A stretch of DNA of 55,486 nucleotides. Origin: an uncultured Oscillospiraceae bacterium. Lineage in GTDB: Bacteria; Bacillota; Clostridia; Oscillospirales; Oscillospiraceae. The stretch lies in contig CAZVMK010000001.1 in NCBI GenBank assembly GCA_964628315.1, positions 1-55,486 of the forward strand. Reading direction: 5' to 3'. This document shows, piece by piece, positions 55,430-55,486 of the stretch. Within the stretch, counting starts at the first letter, position 1; every line of letters starts with the position of its first letter. A model generated the notes under the pieces. It saw only the letters and a program-made list of their open reading frames with translations, was not told where the DNA came from and did no database searches. The position numbers and the translations under genes are program-made.

Positions 55430-55486
55430 TTACTTGACCTCCTTGATGGAAATAAAACGCAGTTCATTGATGGGCTTGCCCATCTT
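55430..55486 (-). CDS. 3' end of an upstream gene, probably a small decarboxylase subunit (truncated by window edge)
   Basis: Open frame ...KMGKPINELRFISIKEVK-stop ending just before the biotin carrier gene. Confidence 0.55.
   Translation of the reverse strand, partial: KMGKPINELRFISIKEVK

Overview
Gene-dense chromosomal window from a Clostridia-type Firmicute (gene content and style suggest Oscillospiraceae-like; inference). Most of it is housekeeping, transport and sporulation genes: MarR plus a heterodimeric ABC exporter, an ABC-2 exporter, YfhO, a 5'-nucleotidase lipoprotein, tRNA-Leu(CAG), YgiQ, ansA, a CBS-pyrophosphatase, holB-ricT, SSB, feoAB, nth, dacF, MATE, secA-pgeF, GH13, an M14 peptidase and Na+-decarboxylase subunits. 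No CRISPR array, prophage, transposase or rRNA was seen. The standout is a 13.7-kb minus-strand operon (26901-40575). It encodes alanine racemase, a Wzm/Wzt-type exporter (ATPase with a C-terminal FN3-like domain), a TagB/TagF-family phosphotransferase, a sugar-transfer-associated ATP-grasp ligase, a nucleotidyltransferase-like protein, glutamate racemase, a divergent D-Ala-D-X ligase and two ~970-aa paralogous fusions of a degenerate CapA-like domain, a MurF-like ligase and BspA-type LRRs. With two racemases, four amide ligases, a polymer exporter and no recognisable glycosyltransferase, it is a candidate pathway for a D-amino-acid-peptide-containing cell-surface polymer. All family calls come from motif recognition by eye; no searches were run.
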